Origin: Candidatus Latescibacterota bacterium
GTDB taxonomy: Bacteria; Latescibacterota; UBA2968
DNA: 64,000 nt
Assembly: GCA_965205975.1 (NCBI GenBank)
Contig: OZ242195.1
Span: 288,001 to 352,000, forward strand
Direction of reading: 5' to 3'
Shown here: piece by piece, positions 8,326 to 18,129 of the stretch
Position numbering within the stretch: position 1 is the stretch's first letter
Layout of the letters: every line of letters starts with the position of its first letter
Translations under genes and position numbers: made by a program
The notes under the pieces: model-generated
Seen by the model: the letters and a program-made list of their open reading frames with translations, nothing else
Database searches by the model: none
Told to the model about the DNA's origin: nothing

Positions 8326-11300
8326 ATGGCTCGGTGGTGTTGTCTTTTCGCGCGAAACGCAATATTCGTCCTCATTTTTGGGGTTTCAACCTCTGCTTTC
8401 GGGCAGGAATATTTTGGCAAAAACAAGGTCAATTACAGCCAGTATGCGTGGCATTATATCGACAGTGAACACTTCACGGTTTATTTTGATGAGGGTTCAC
8501 TGGGGCTGGCCGAGTTTGTTGCCAAAGAAGCCGAAAGATCTCTGGTACACATTGAGAAAACACTGAAATATACGCTGAAGGATCGCTATCCCATTGTTAT
8601 TTACAATTCTCACAATGGATTTGCGGTGTCGAATATTATCAGCGGGGAACAGTCTGAGTTTACGGGCGGATATACCGAGTTTGCACAGGGGCGCGTGGTG
8701 ATTCCCTTTACGGGGTCTTATGGAGATTTGCAGCACGTCATCCATCACGAACTCGTTCACGCTGTTACAATTGAGTTGTGGACCGGTGGCGGCTGGTTGG
8801 GATCTCTGGTTTCGCAGACATCGACATTGCCTCCGCTGTGGATTGCCGAGGGCATTGCCGAGTACGTATCTCGATATGGCTGGCATAAGGAGCACGACAA
8901 TTTTATGCGCGATGCAACCATTACCGGATATGTGCCGACTATCGAAATGATGTCCATGAGTTATTTTGCCTATCCCGGTGGCAGTTCAGTTTTTTATATG
9001 ATAGAACAGGAATACGGCAAGGACAAAGTGGCGTCCTTTATTTCTTCTTTCCGCACGGCCAAAACCCCCGATAAAGCACTCAAAGCATCTCTGGGATTTG
9101 GGATGAAGGAATTGGAGGAAAAATATCAATTGTGGCTCAAGCGGCAATACTGGAATGAGATCAATTTGCGCCATACGCCCAAAGAGATGGCAACAAATTT
9201 GACGGAGCGCGAAGACAGGCGTTCATCGTATAATTTATCTGCTGCGTTATCCCCACAAGGCGACAAGGTCGCGTATTTGACCGACCGAAATGGCACGTTT
9301 GATATTTATTTGATGTCGGCGATTGACGGCAAAGACCTGGGGCGTTTGGTCGAAGGGCAAAAGTCGTCTGCTTTTGAGTCGATGTTTGTTTTACGACCCG
9401 GATTTACCTGGTCACCAGATGGTCGGCATATTGCATTCGCTGCCAAATCGAATAACAAGAATACCCTGTATATCCTCGAAGTTAAAAATAAACAGATTCG
9501 CAAGCGATTTAAGTTTGACCTCGATGGCTTGTTTGAACCTACCTGGTCGCCCGATGGAGAAAAAATTGCCGTCGCGGGTATTAAAGATGGTTGGTCCGAT
9601 ATCTATGTGGTCGATTTGAACGACGAGTCGCTTACACGGCTTACAAATGATCCCTATGACGAGCGGCATCTGGATTGGTCGCCCGATGGCACATGGATCG
9701 CTATGAGTTCTGATCGTCCCGATACCCATTTGGAGTTCAATGGGGGGAAAGATTTTGCTTTTGGTCAGTACGATATTTTCTTACTGCGTACAGATGGCTC
9801 TGAAATGCGCCGCATTGTCGCGTCTGAAGACGCCGAAGATTCACATCCCGTATGGGGTGCCGATAGCAAACACGTCGCCTTTGTTTCTGACCGCACGGGA
9901 GTGGGCAATATTTATATTGCAAATGTTGACAGTACGCAGGAGATATATCCCATTACCAATTTGCTGTCAGGGGCGCAATATCTCGATTGGTCAGCCGATG
10001 GCAAAAAGATCGTGTTCAATGCGTTTCACAAGGGTGCCCTGGATATATTTGTGATGCGCGACCCACTTGCAGAGCGAAAAGAAATGGCGGATTTGCCGCG
10101 CACCCGGTTTGTCAAGCGCCTTGCTGGCGAAGATGAAAAGATGTTTGTCGAGTTGCAAAAGGAAAAATATGCGAGCCGCAAGATTGACAAAGTAGAAGCC
10201 GACAGCACCGCGGTCGATTCGACAGCAGAAAAAACAGAAAAGAAAGTGGCGCAGTGGATTTCCGATCAGGAAGCACTTGCAGCGGCAGAGAGTACACCTG
10301 CAGATAGTACGACTGAGATCGATACCACGCATCCGGTTGCAGGCAGTCCAGAAATGGCCGATACTGGCAAACAAGGGGTGAAAAACTGGGGTGAAAAGGA
10401 ATTTCAGGTTAAGAAGTACAAGCTAAAATTCAAGCCTGAACTGTTTGGTGCACAGGCGGGATTTGATACGTTCTACGGCGTGAGCAGTTCCATTGTATTG
10501 TCTATGAGTGATGTGATGGGCGATCACCGCGCCACGTTGGTGACGAGTTTGAATTTTTCGCTCAAAGACAGCGACTTTCTGCTTGCTTATGCCTATTTGA
10601 AGAATCGTACAAATTACGGTGCGCAGCTTTTTCACACGCGGTTCTTCTTCTTTGATAATACAGGTCGTCTGACTGCGGATCGATATTATGGGCTTTCGGG
10701 GATGCTCGAGCGGCCATTTAATCGGTTTGCCCGTTTGGAACTCAGTACGCGTTTTGTATCTGTTGATCGCGAAGAGGTGTTTACTGATATCAACAATTAT
10801 TTGTATCAGCCGGGCTTTCGCGGCGTTGGGCGGTTTTCGAGCCAATTGATCGAGCGTCGTCGGGCGGCTATCGGCGAAGTGGCTCTGGTGGGCGATAGCG
10901 CGTTGTACAGTTTGTTTGGCGCGGTAGATGGGCATCGCTATCGGTTGAATTTTGAAGGTTCTGGCGTGGGCATGAAATTTGCCACATTGACGCTGGATTA
11001 TCGTAAATATATGCGGTTGTTGAACGAATATACCTTTGCCATCCGGATGTCGGGTGGGACGGGTTATGGTCCCAACAAAACTATGTTTTTCTTGGGCGGT
11101 GTGAACAATCCAGTCAATCCGACATTTTCAACCATTGCCAGTGTTGATCAGAGTCGCGTGTTTTTCTCTTCTTATGTTTGGCCCCTGCGCGGCGCGAGAT
11201 TGCTCGAAATGGCGGGCGATTCTTATGTGCTGGCCAATGTCGCATTCCGGTTCCCGCTCATCCGGCAATTGGCCATGGGTTGGCCTTTACCGTTTTTCTT

Positions 11301-11595
11301 TCAGAATGTACAGGGTGAGTTGTTCTTTGACATCGGGGGAGCATTTAACCGCGTCAGTTGGAGAGACGGATGGACTTCCAGAGATGGCGGGTTTGAGCTC
11401 AATGTCCCGCAGCACTTTCGCAGCGGATCGAAACATGGACTGCCAAAACCGCAAATGGCTGCCGGGTACGGGTTTGGTGTGCGGGTGAATTTGGGTTATT
11501 TCCTGTTCCGATACGATCTGGCCTGGCCTACAGATCTCGCGCAAACATATCATCCATACCAGTATTTTTCAATTGATTTCACGGGTTTGTTCTAA
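8326..11595 (+). CDS. Outer-membrane Omp85/BamA-family protein with an N-terminal gluzincin peptidase and TolB-like PD40 beta-propeller
   Basis: AAGGAG RBS before ATG 8326, signal peptide, HELVH plus WIAEGIAEY, repeated WSPDG motifs, PLRG lid motif, YGFGVR..YDLAWP and a C-terminal Phe. Confidence 0.8.
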   Translation: MARWCCLFARNAIFVLIFGVSTSAFGQEYFGKNKVNYSQYAWHYIDSEHFTVYFDEGSLGLAEFVAKEAERSLVHIEKTLKYTLKDRYPIVIYNSHNGFAVSNIISGEQSEFTGGYTEFAQGRVVIPFTGSYGDLQHVIHHELVHAVTIELWTGGGWLGSLVSQTSTLPPLWIAEGIAEYVSRYGWHKEHDNFMRDATITGYVPTIEMMSMSYFAYPGGSSVFYMIEQEYGKDKVASFISSFRTAKTPDKALKASLGFGMKELEEKYQLWLKRQYWNEINLRHTPKEMATNLTEREDRRSSYNLSAALSPQGDKVAYLTDRNGTFDIYLMSAIDGKDLGRLVEGQKSSAFESMFVLRPGFTWSPDGRHIAFAAKSNNKNTLYILEVKNKQIRKRFKFDLDGLFEPTWSPDGEKIAVAGIKDGWSDIYVVDLNDESLTRLTNDPYDERHLDWSPDGTWIAMSSDRPDTHLEFNGGKDFAFGQYDIFLLRTDGSEMRRIVASEDAEDSHPVWGADSKHVAFVSDRTGVGNIYIANVDSTQEIYPITNLLSGAQYLDWSADGKKIVFNAFHKGALDIFVMRDPLAERKEMADLPRTRFVKRLAGEDEKMFVELQKEKYASRKIDKVEADSTAVDSTAEKTEKKVAQWISDQEALAAAESTPADSTTEIDTTHPVAGSPEMADTGKQGVKNWGEKEFQVKKYKLKFKPELFGAQAGFDTFYGVSSSIVLSMSDVMGDHRATLVTSLNFSLKDSDFLLAYAYLKNRTNYGAQLFHTRFFFFDNTGRLTADRYYGLSGMLERPFNRFARLELSTRFVSVDREEVFTDINNYLYQPGFRGVGRFSSQLIERRRAAIGEVALVGDSALYSLFGAVDGHRYRLNFEGSGVGMKFATLTLDYRKYMRLLNEYTFAIRMSGGTGYGPNKTMFFLGGVNNPVNPTFSTIASVDQSRVFFSSYVWPLRGARLLEMAGDSYVLANVAFRFPLIRQLAMGWPLPFFFQNVQGELFFDIGGAFNRVSWRDGWTSRDGGFELNVPQHFRSGSKHGLPKPQMAAGYGFGVRVNLGYFLFRYDLAWPTDLAQTYHPYQYFSIDFTGLF

Positions 11596-11620
11596 TCTGC
11601 AAAATCAATCGCTGTATTTT

Positions 11621-11652
11621 AGGGAGAGGCATTTTGCGCCTCTCCTTTTTTT
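11621..11652 (+). terminator. Rho-independent terminator
   Basis: GGAGAGGC-ATTTTGC-GCCTCTCC followed by T7. Confidence 0.8.
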
Positions 11653-11732
11653 GTCAGGTTGATGGATAGTGGTTTTTTGTGTATTATTGAGGTGGTTAGA
11701 GATGAGTGGGATTTTCTGATGAGGGATTTGTT

Positions 11733-12047
11733 ATGACAGCCAAAAAATGTTACATGGCGGGATTGGGTAAGTTGGGAACTGGAGACCTGGAAGGCGCGAT
11801 TGTCGAATTTGAGAAGGCTGTTGCAGATGATGCCTCGTTTTACATGGCGCATCTGGGATGGGCACAGGCACTGGATCGGCAGGGGAAGATTGACGAGGCG
11901 ATTGAACAGGTCAATCTCGCTTTGCAAATAGTTCCCGATGAGGCACTTGCACATACGAGTCTGTCGCGCTTGTATCAGCAGAAAGGAATGATTGAAGAGG
12001 CCGAAGAGGAAATGGCTATTTCTCACAAACTCTCTCAAAATATTTGA
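11733..12047 (+). CDS. Small TPR protein
   Basis: About 3 TPR-like helical pairs (GDLEGAIVEFEKAV, GKIDEAIEQVNLAL, GMIEEAEEEM). Confidence 0.75.
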   Translation: MTAKKCYMAGLGKLGTGDLEGAIVEFEKAVADDASFYMAHLGWAQALDRQGKIDEAIEQVNLALQIVPDEALAHTSLSRLYQQKGMIEEAEEEMAISHKLSQNI

Positions 12048-14074
12048 AAATGGCTCGTGTACTGAAAATGAGGACGTCCTGTTTGGGCGTCCTCTCTGTT
12101 TTTGTGTTAATGGCGTGTGTAACAGCAAACGCAGATTCGGTTGATTCGCTGCTGGCGCGCGCGCAGAGCGATACGTTGAGACCGCTTGATTACCGCATTG
12201 GTTTGCTTCGAAAAGCGCTCAGTGTGGATGGCGATCGCGCTGATGTTTGTGCGGCATTGGGTGCATTATTTATGGAAAAGAATACGCCTGCGGCGAGGTT
12301 GCGTGCAGATCGCTATATTTATCGCGCGATTGTATTGGATCCTGAGAATATAGACTATCATCTGTCTTACGCGACTCTGCAGCGCCAGAAGGGTTTTCGG
12401 TACAATGCCAGGCGATATTTTGAAAAGGTGCTCAGCATAGATTCAACACAGGTTGAAGCAGCCTGTGAAGTGGGCGATTATTATTTGCAGGATATGTTAA
12501 AATACGTTGATGCACGACGTTTTGACGGAGGTGGGAGTATGCGTTCTTTTGCAATGGAGAGTGTGCAAAAGGCCGCAGATTATTACCACTACGCACTTGC
12601 ACATGATCCCTATTGCAGGCGCGCGTATTACGGGTTGGGTATGCTGAGTATAGAGGGTGGGTATAATGAGGATTTGATTGTTATTGCACGGGCACTTTTA
12701 GACCGATGGCCACAGGATCGGGACGGTCTTTTGTTTTTGGGATTGGGGTATTATGTGGCCGAAAATTTTGAGGCAGCGGGCAAAGCATTTGATCGCGCAT
12801 ACGCACAGATGGATTCTGTTGGGCAGGCGGCAATGACTTCAATAGAGTTGTTGGGTGGTGGGGATGAGGCACACGCGCTTTTTTGGCAAAAACGCGATCC
12901 TTTATTTCTCACGCCTGTGAACGAAAGAAAGTTGGCACATCGCGGGCGGGTTGCTTATGCAAATTTGAGATTTGGTCTGCCCGATGAGGGGATTGCGGGC
13001 TGGAAAACGGATATGGGCAAGATATGGATTCGCTATGGTCGCTATGTCAATCGCGTGAGAATGCTTATTCCGCATCGGGAGATCTGGACTTATGAAGATT
13101 TTTCAATGGCCTTTTTTTCTTACGATTCTGTGCATTGGAAATTGGAATCGATGCAGGATGAACGCTGGGCGCTCGTTCCGGGTGGATGGGGCAGAAGTCA
13201 GATTCTGTCGTCCAATTTTTATTTGCTCGAGCGCTATGTCGATCCATACGGAGATCAGAAATACGGATTGCCCGTGCAGGTAGGATTTTTTAAGGCGAGA
13301 GAAGGACAGGTCAAAGTGGCGCTATCGTGGGGCATCCCCAAGCGTCAGTTGCAGTATCTCAAGCTCTATGAGACCTATCAAGTCGATTTAGATGCAGGTA
13401 TTTTTGTACACAGAAGTAACGGGCAAGAGGTAACAAATGTCAGGTGGGAACCAGAGGCATTTCGGGATGTTTGGACCGATTCATTAAAGGCACAGTATTT
13501 ATTGGGACAACGCGACCTGATTTTGGCACCAGATCAACAAGATGCCGATTCACTCGCGTTGGCTTTAGAAATTAGAGATGTGGGAAAGAAAACAGTGGGC
13601 GTGTTCCGCGATACGGTTTTTGTACAGACATTTCCCGATGATGTGGTTTCGATGAGTTCTATATTGCTGGCTTCACATGCAGGGGAGGGCAAAGAGGGGA
13701 TAGAGGTCATACCCAATCCGTTGAGAACTTTTGGTGCGGACGAGTTGTTGTATATCTATTTTGAGATCTACAATCTGGTACGCGGTGAGTTTGGGCAGAC
13801 GGATTTTTCTGTGACGTACAGAGTAGGACCGCCAGATTTGAGGCGTTTTTCCGATAAGCGAGATCGAAAGGCGATCGCGCAATTGGGAATAAGTGATGAC
13901 AGGTGGCGTATTTCCGTTAGTACAGATTATCGAGGAAGGGAGATGCAGGAGCCGATTTATTTATCCGTTGATTTAAGTGAGTTGGGGCCTGGTGTGCATC
14001 TGCTATCCATAGTTGTCACTGATCGTCAGACGGGTTTACAGGCCTGGCGAGAAACCCTGTTTCGCATTCTGTGA
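12044..14074 (+). CDS. GWxTD domain-containing exported protein with TPR repeats
   Basis: Signal-like N-terminus, TPRs, FWQKRDP..TPVNER...RVAYANLRF...GWKTDMGKIWIRYG, C-terminal Ig-like region (IYFEIYNL). Confidence 0.85.
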   Translation: MKMARVLKMRTSCLGVLSVFVLMACVTANADSVDSLLARAQSDTLRPLDYRIGLLRKALSVDGDRADVCAALGALFMEKNTPAARLRADRYIYRAIVLDPENIDYHLSYATLQRQKGFRYNARRYFEKVLSIDSTQVEAACEVGDYYLQDMLKYVDARRFDGGGSMRSFAMESVQKAADYYHYALAHDPYCRRAYYGLGMLSIEGGYNEDLIVIARALLDRWPQDRDGLLFLGLGYYVAENFEAAGKAFDRAYAQMDSVGQAAMTSIELLGGGDEAHALFWQKRDPLFLTPVNERKLAHRGRVAYANLRFGLPDEGIAGWKTDMGKIWIRYGRYVNRVRMLIPHREIWTYEDFSMAFFSYDSVHWKLESMQDERWALVPGGWGRSQILSSNFYLLERYVDPYGDQKYGLPVQVGFFKAREGQVKVALSWGIPKRQLQYLKLYETYQVDLDAGIFVHRSNGQEVTNVRWEPEAFRDVWTDSLKAQYLLGQRDLILAPDQQDADSLALALEIRDVGKKTVGVFRDTVFVQTFPDDVVSMSSILLASHAGEGKEGIEVIPNPLRTFGADELLYIYFEIYNLVRGEFGQTDFSVTYRVGPPDLRRFSDKRDRKAIAQLGISDDRWRISVSTDYRGREMQEPIYLSVDLSELGPGVHLLSIVVTDRQTGLQAWRETLFRIL

Positions 14075-14084
14075 AATCAGGGGC

Positions 14085-15077
14085 CTATTTTTTGGTTTTT
14101 TTGTACCAAAGGAGTCTGATCAGTGGGGGGCCGCCAAATAAAATAAAACCGAAGAATGCGACTGCGTGTACCGACGTGGCAAATGCCAATGCGATTTCTG
14201 TTGGCACATGGTAGAAGTGGTGGAGGGTTTGGGCGCAAAAGAAATGATAGGAGCCTATACCACCCGGGGCGGGAAGGACAAATCCGATCGTGGCGATGGT
14301 CATCACAACCATAGCTTCAAACAGGCCGAGGTTGTACTTATGTGATAGGTCAAAACTGTAGAAGGGCAAGTACATGGCAAACAAATAAAGACTGTTGAGA
14401 ATCAGGGTTGACACCAATATCCCCGCGTAGCCTTCCACAGTGTGAATAGCTTTCATGCCCTGTAAAAAAGAACGCAAAATATGGGTTGCACCATCGGCCA
14501 GTTTGGGAGAGAGGCGCGCCAGCAGGCGGCGGAAAATGGACAGGCCGCGTTCTTCGCGGGCGGAGAGCAGTCCCAAAAATACGAAAGCAAACAGAATGAT
14601 GGGCAATGTCAGCAAGACGACTGGTTCAAGGCTGGGAAATACCGCGCCGATCTGTTCTCTGGCAAAAAATAAAACCACGCCCAAGATGATCAAGAGAGTG
14701 AGTACATCGAGCAAGCGTTCTACAATCACTGTCGCCAGGATTGCACTGATGCCGGTGGGGTGATCCCTTTCAAGGGCGAGGGCACGAGCAACTTCGCCAG
14801 CGCGTGGGAATACGACATTGCCCGCATAGGCGACCATGACAGCCCAAAATGCCGACCGAATGGAAATATTTGAGGCAACGGGCAATAGCAAAATGCGCCA
14901 GCGCCAGGCGCGGGGCAAGCCCGAAGCGATGATGATGATGGCCGATAAGAGCAACCACAAAGGATTGGCTGTTTGCAGGGCCTCCAGGAGGCGCGTTCCA
15001 TTTACATCTCTAAACGCTGCCCAGAGAAAGCCCCCCATTAACACGAGACTGGCTGCGAGTTTGAGAAGGTTTTTCAT
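14085..15077 (-). CDS. Lysylphosphatidylglycerol synthase TM / flippase-like (UPF0104) membrane protein
   Basis: RAWRWRILL, PRAGEVAR, ERLLD, PGGIGSYH; multiple TM helices. Confidence 0.85.
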   Translation of the reverse strand: MKNLLKLAASLVLMGGFLWAAFRDVNGTRLLEALQTANPLWLLLSAIIIIASGLPRAWRWRILLLPVASNISIRSAFWAVMVAYAGNVVFPRAGEVARALALERDHPTGISAILATVIVERLLDVLTLLIILGVVLFFAREQIGAVFPSLEPVVLLTLPIILFAFVFLGLLSAREERGLSIFRRLLARLSPKLADGATHILRSFLQGMKAIHTVEGYAGILVSTLILNSLYLFAMYLPFYSFDLSHKYNLGLFEAMVVMTIATIGFVLPAPGGIGSYHFFCAQTLHHFYHVPTEIALAFATSVHAVAFFGFILFGGPPLIRLLWYKKTKK

Positions 15078-15961
15078 GATGTCCCATATCCCAGGCTGCG
15101 AAGGGCGGTGTCTTTTTTTCGCCAGTTCTCATAGACTTTAACATGCAGGTCGAGATAAATTGGGCGTTCCAAAAATGCTTCGATTTTTTTTCGCGCCTGA
15201 TGTCCAATAGTTTTGAGGGTTTTTCCACCCCGTCCGATGACAATGCCTTTTTGAGAATTGCGTTCGACAATGATATTGGCCTGAATATAGACTTTGGGGC
15301 GGTTTTCTTCAAACGCCTCAATGTCGATTGCCGTTGCATAAGGCAATTCCTGGCGGAGATGGTGAAACACTTCCTCGCGAATGAGTTCCGCAACAAAAAA
15401 TCGTTCGGGCTGTTCGGTGAGCGTATCTTCCGGGTAGTACTGTGGGCCTTTTGGCAGTGCCTGGCGCAAGGCTGTGTGGAGGGCTTTTATGCCCTGTCCG
15501 TTGATGGCCGCTATGGATAAGACGGTCTGTGTAGCGAGTGAAGCGCGAATCTGTTGCTCGCAGCGTTGGGCTTGCGCACGTGAGATGAGGTCGGTTTTGT
15601 TTATAGCGATGATTTTGGGAATATCCCATTTTCCAAAGGTTTGTTGCACTTCGACGTCATAGGAAGTGTTAAATTCTGAACCATCAACGATGCCCAAAAG
15701 CACATCGGCACTTTGATATGCACGCCCAATTTGCCGATTCATAAATTCGTGAAGGCGATAGCGCGCAGACAAGATACCAGGGGTGTCGAGAAATATCATT
15801 TGAGTCTGTTTATCTGTGACAATCCCCAGGATATTATTGCGAGTTGTTTGGGGTTTGGGCGAAATAATGGATAGACGCTCCCCCACGAGTGCATTAAAAA
15901 GCGTGGATTTGCCGACATTCGTGCGTCCAGCGATTATGACATATCCAGATTTGAAAGCCAT
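15074..15961 (-). CDS. era: GTPase Era
   Basis: GRTNVGKST, QTTR, DTPG, NKTD, ELPY and the KH-domain motif VIGRGG. Confidence 0.97.
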   Translation of the reverse strand: MAFKSGYVIIAGRTNVGKSTLFNALVGERLSIISPKPQTTRNNILGIVTDKQTQMIFLDTPGILSARYRLHEFMNRQIGRAYQSADVLLGIVDGSEFNTSYDVEVQQTFGKWDIPKIIAINKTDLISRAQAQRCEQQIRASLATQTVLSIAAINGQGIKALHTALRQALPKGPQYYPEDTLTEQPERFFVAELIREEVFHHLRQELPYATAIDIEAFEENRPKVYIQANIIVERNSQKGIVIGRGGKTLKTIGHQARKKIEAFLERPIYLDLHVKVYENWRKKDTALRSLGYGTS

Positions 15962-15971
15962 TACTGTCCAA

Positions 15972-16943
15972 TCAAAAAAATAAAATAGCCGAAATTCGGT
16001 ACGTATTGTCGAGTTGGTCGTGTTCCATGAAGGCGAGATCTACGCCGAACCGACGAAGTTGCAAGCCAGTACCTGCTGTAAAGTGTCCGTCTTTGTATCC
16101 GAGGCGAAATGCAAGGCGGTGTTGCAGACGGTATTCTATACCGAGTTGTATGCTGCGTGTTTTTTCCACTGTCGATTTTTTGTTATTCAGGTGTGTGCTA
16201 AAACCGACTTTCATATCGCCGCCGGGCACCCTGTGGTGGAGGGCGGAGCCAATGAGTAGAGATGGCGAAATACGATCTGCAATGCCGTCGGGAAATGCAA
16301 TGCGCGTTTTTGTGAGATCGCGTATTATCGCGCCAATGCGAAACGTCGATGTGGGTAGATAAAGCAGACCGATGTCCAGGCCAAAGCCACTTCCGATGCC
16401 CACGCTGAGATCGCGTCTGATCATTTTTATTCCTGCCCCAAGACGCAATTTATCTGTGATATACCGGCCATAAGCGATTCGAAAGACGTAATCTGCCGTG
16501 CCGATTTTATCGATTATTACGGGGCGATTATCTGGGCCAATTGGACGATTTGGATCTTCCAGACCCGTCAGAGCAATCCCATCAACGCCAGCGCGAACAA
16601 TGCCCAGACCAACGCCACCTTTTCTTATGGGCAAGCGCAATGCGAAAATATCTTGATTCACACTGCCGCCAAATTGCTCTGCATGTTGTAAGTGAATCTC
16701 ACGTTTTGTCAGAGATGAACTGCTATCCAGCCCAGGGTTGTACACCTCTGGCGCAAGTCCTGCGGGATTCCAATAGATCGCTGTTGCATCAAAACTGAGC
16801 GCGACATAAGCACTTCCCATGCCCAGCGCGCGGGCACCGGCACCCAATAAGAGTGGGTCTCCTGCATAATGGGATGTCTGCGCATGGGTTGGGCTTGTAA
16901 ACGCGCCGGTGCAATACAATGCCAGGATCGCAAAGCGTTTCAA
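15972..16943 (-). CDS. PorV/PorQ-like (UPF0164) outer-membrane beta-barrel
   Basis: Signal peptide, GAGARALGMGSAYVA, AIYWNPAGL, alternating beta-strands, C-terminal Phe. Confidence 0.8.
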   Translation of the reverse strand: MKRFAILALYCTGAFTSPTHAQTSHYAGDPLLLGAGARALGMGSAYVALSFDATAIYWNPAGLAPEVYNPGLDSSSSLTKREIHLQHAEQFGGSVNQDIFALRLPIRKGGVGLGIVRAGVDGIALTGLEDPNRPIGPDNRPVIIDKIGTADYVFRIAYGRYITDKLRLGAGIKMIRRDLSVGIGSGFGLDIGLLYLPTSTFRIGAIIRDLTKTRIAFPDGIADRISPSLLIGSALHHRVPGGDMKVGFSTHLNNKKSTVEKTRSIQLGIEYRLQHRLAFRLGYKDGHFTAGTGLQLRRFGVDLAFMEHDQLDNTYRISAILFF

Positions 16944-17536
16944 GGATTGGCCTCTGCATGGGGGATGAAGATGGCGATACTGCCGGGACGCAATGCCGAT
17001 CCCAGGGCTTTGATATCGAGAGGAGATAAAGTGATGTGCGGCGTGATACCTGTTGAAATTCCGTCTGCTCGAATGACGAGGTTTGGCGCAAAATAGAGGC
17101 GGGAACGATGGCGAGGCCCTTCTATCAGGCGTCCGGAGAAGTCGAAGGGGAAAAGCCGCCCGCGAAGTCGCAGATTTGCATTGCCGGGTTCAACCGAGAT
17201 GGGATCAATTCTGTTCACAAAGGAGTAGTTCTGGGTATGGCGTGCTTCTATGGGCGACAAGTTGAGGATGGAGCACGTTCTCAGGACATTGCCCTGTGAT
17301 TTGAGGTGAATTTGCTTTGAGGGGACGTCGATGATAAGGTAGAATTCGCCCGGTGCTGTTTTGACCTGGTCGAGTTCTCGAACAAGGGCTTCGCGGTAGT
17401 TTTGGAGAACGATTTTGTCCTGACCAAATACAGGCGTTTCCACCAGAAGCAAACAAATTAGTAGATATAGACCCGGTCGCCAACTTGAAGTGAGCGATAC
17501 ACAAAAGCCAGGTCTTCGTCGTTGAGGCGAATACAT
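16940..17536 (-). CDS. Exported YkuD-like protein lacking catalytic residues (start uncertain, 17536 or later)
   Basis: Only the 3' part of ORF 16940..17857 looks real: hydrophobic LLICLLLV..FG|Q, then YLIIDVPSKQIHLK..VLR and HITLSPLDIKALGSALRPG, which parallel the neighbouring L,D-transpeptidase. Confidence 0.55.
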   Translation of the reverse strand: MYSPQRRRPGFCVSLTSSWRPGLYLLICLLLVETPVFGQDKIVLQNYREALVRELDQVKTAPGEFYLIIDVPSKQIHLKSQGNVLRTCSILNLSPIEARHTQNYSFVNRIDPISVEPGNANLRLRGRLFPFDFSGRLIEGPRHRSRLYFAPNLVIRADGISTGITPHITLSPLDIKALGSALRPGSIAIFIPHAEANP

Positions 17537-18042
17537 CCGTGCGTGATATGCCGTCCGAGCAATGTGGGATAAAGAGTACCGTGAATTTCGTACCCATCGC
17601 CCAATTCGAGGGCGTAGGCACCCAAGGTTGTCCGGTCGAGACGCCGAAACTCCCAGGGCAATACAGTGGGTTCTTCTCCATTTTCGATAAAGGCCCACAC
17701 GGGCTTGGCCCAGATGGGGTCTGTCACTTTGTGCAAAATAGTTCTGACACCCAATGGGGTGTGAAATTGCCAGCGTGCCGAAGCACCCGGATGGAGCAGT
17801 ACTTTGCCGCTGCCTGTCGCACACGTCGCTTCTCTTATTATCTGGTTGTTGTGCCAAACTTGAAGACGGTTATGTACGGTATCGATAACGATGTAGGTTT
17901 CTGCTGAGTGTCGTTTCAACGCTTCCCGAAGTGATGCGATGTCAGCTTTGAGTTGTTCGACCTCTGTTTCTCGCGCGGGTATATGCAGGGAAAAACAGAA
18001 GGACAAATAGAGAGCGAGCAATATGGTGTAAAAGCTGTGCAT
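17458..18042 (-). CDS. L,D-transpeptidase (YkuD family)
   Basis: Signal peptide, YIVIDT..NRL, TPLG, catalytic HGT...THGCIRL. Confidence 0.9.
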   Translation of the reverse strand: MHSFYTILLALYLSFCFSLHIPARETEVEQLKADIASLREALKRHSAETYIVIDTVHNRLQVWHNNQIIREATCATGSGKVLLHPGASARWQFHTPLGVRTILHKVTDPIWAKPVWAFIENGEEPTVLPWEFRRLDRTTLGAYALELGDGYEIHGTLYPTLLGRHITHGCIRLNDEDLAFVYRSLQVGDRVYIY

Positions 18043-18060
18043 GTATGGCTCAGAAATTGT

Positions 18061-18095
18061 AAAACCGAGGCGCGCAAAAAGCACCTCGGTTTTTG
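18061..18095 (-). terminator. Intra-operon hairpin/terminator between the lipoprotein and L,D-transpeptidase genes
   Basis: Minus strand AAAACCGAGGUGC-loop-GCGCCUCGGUUUU (one G-U pair). Confidence 0.65.
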
Positions 18096-18129
18096 TCTTT
18101 CATTAAGAAGATATTTGGGTGGTGCCTAC

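Noticed and set aside
17537..17857. 5' half of ORF 16940..17857 as coding
   Set aside because: It lies out of frame within the L,D-transpeptidase gene and reads as non-protein-like sequence.
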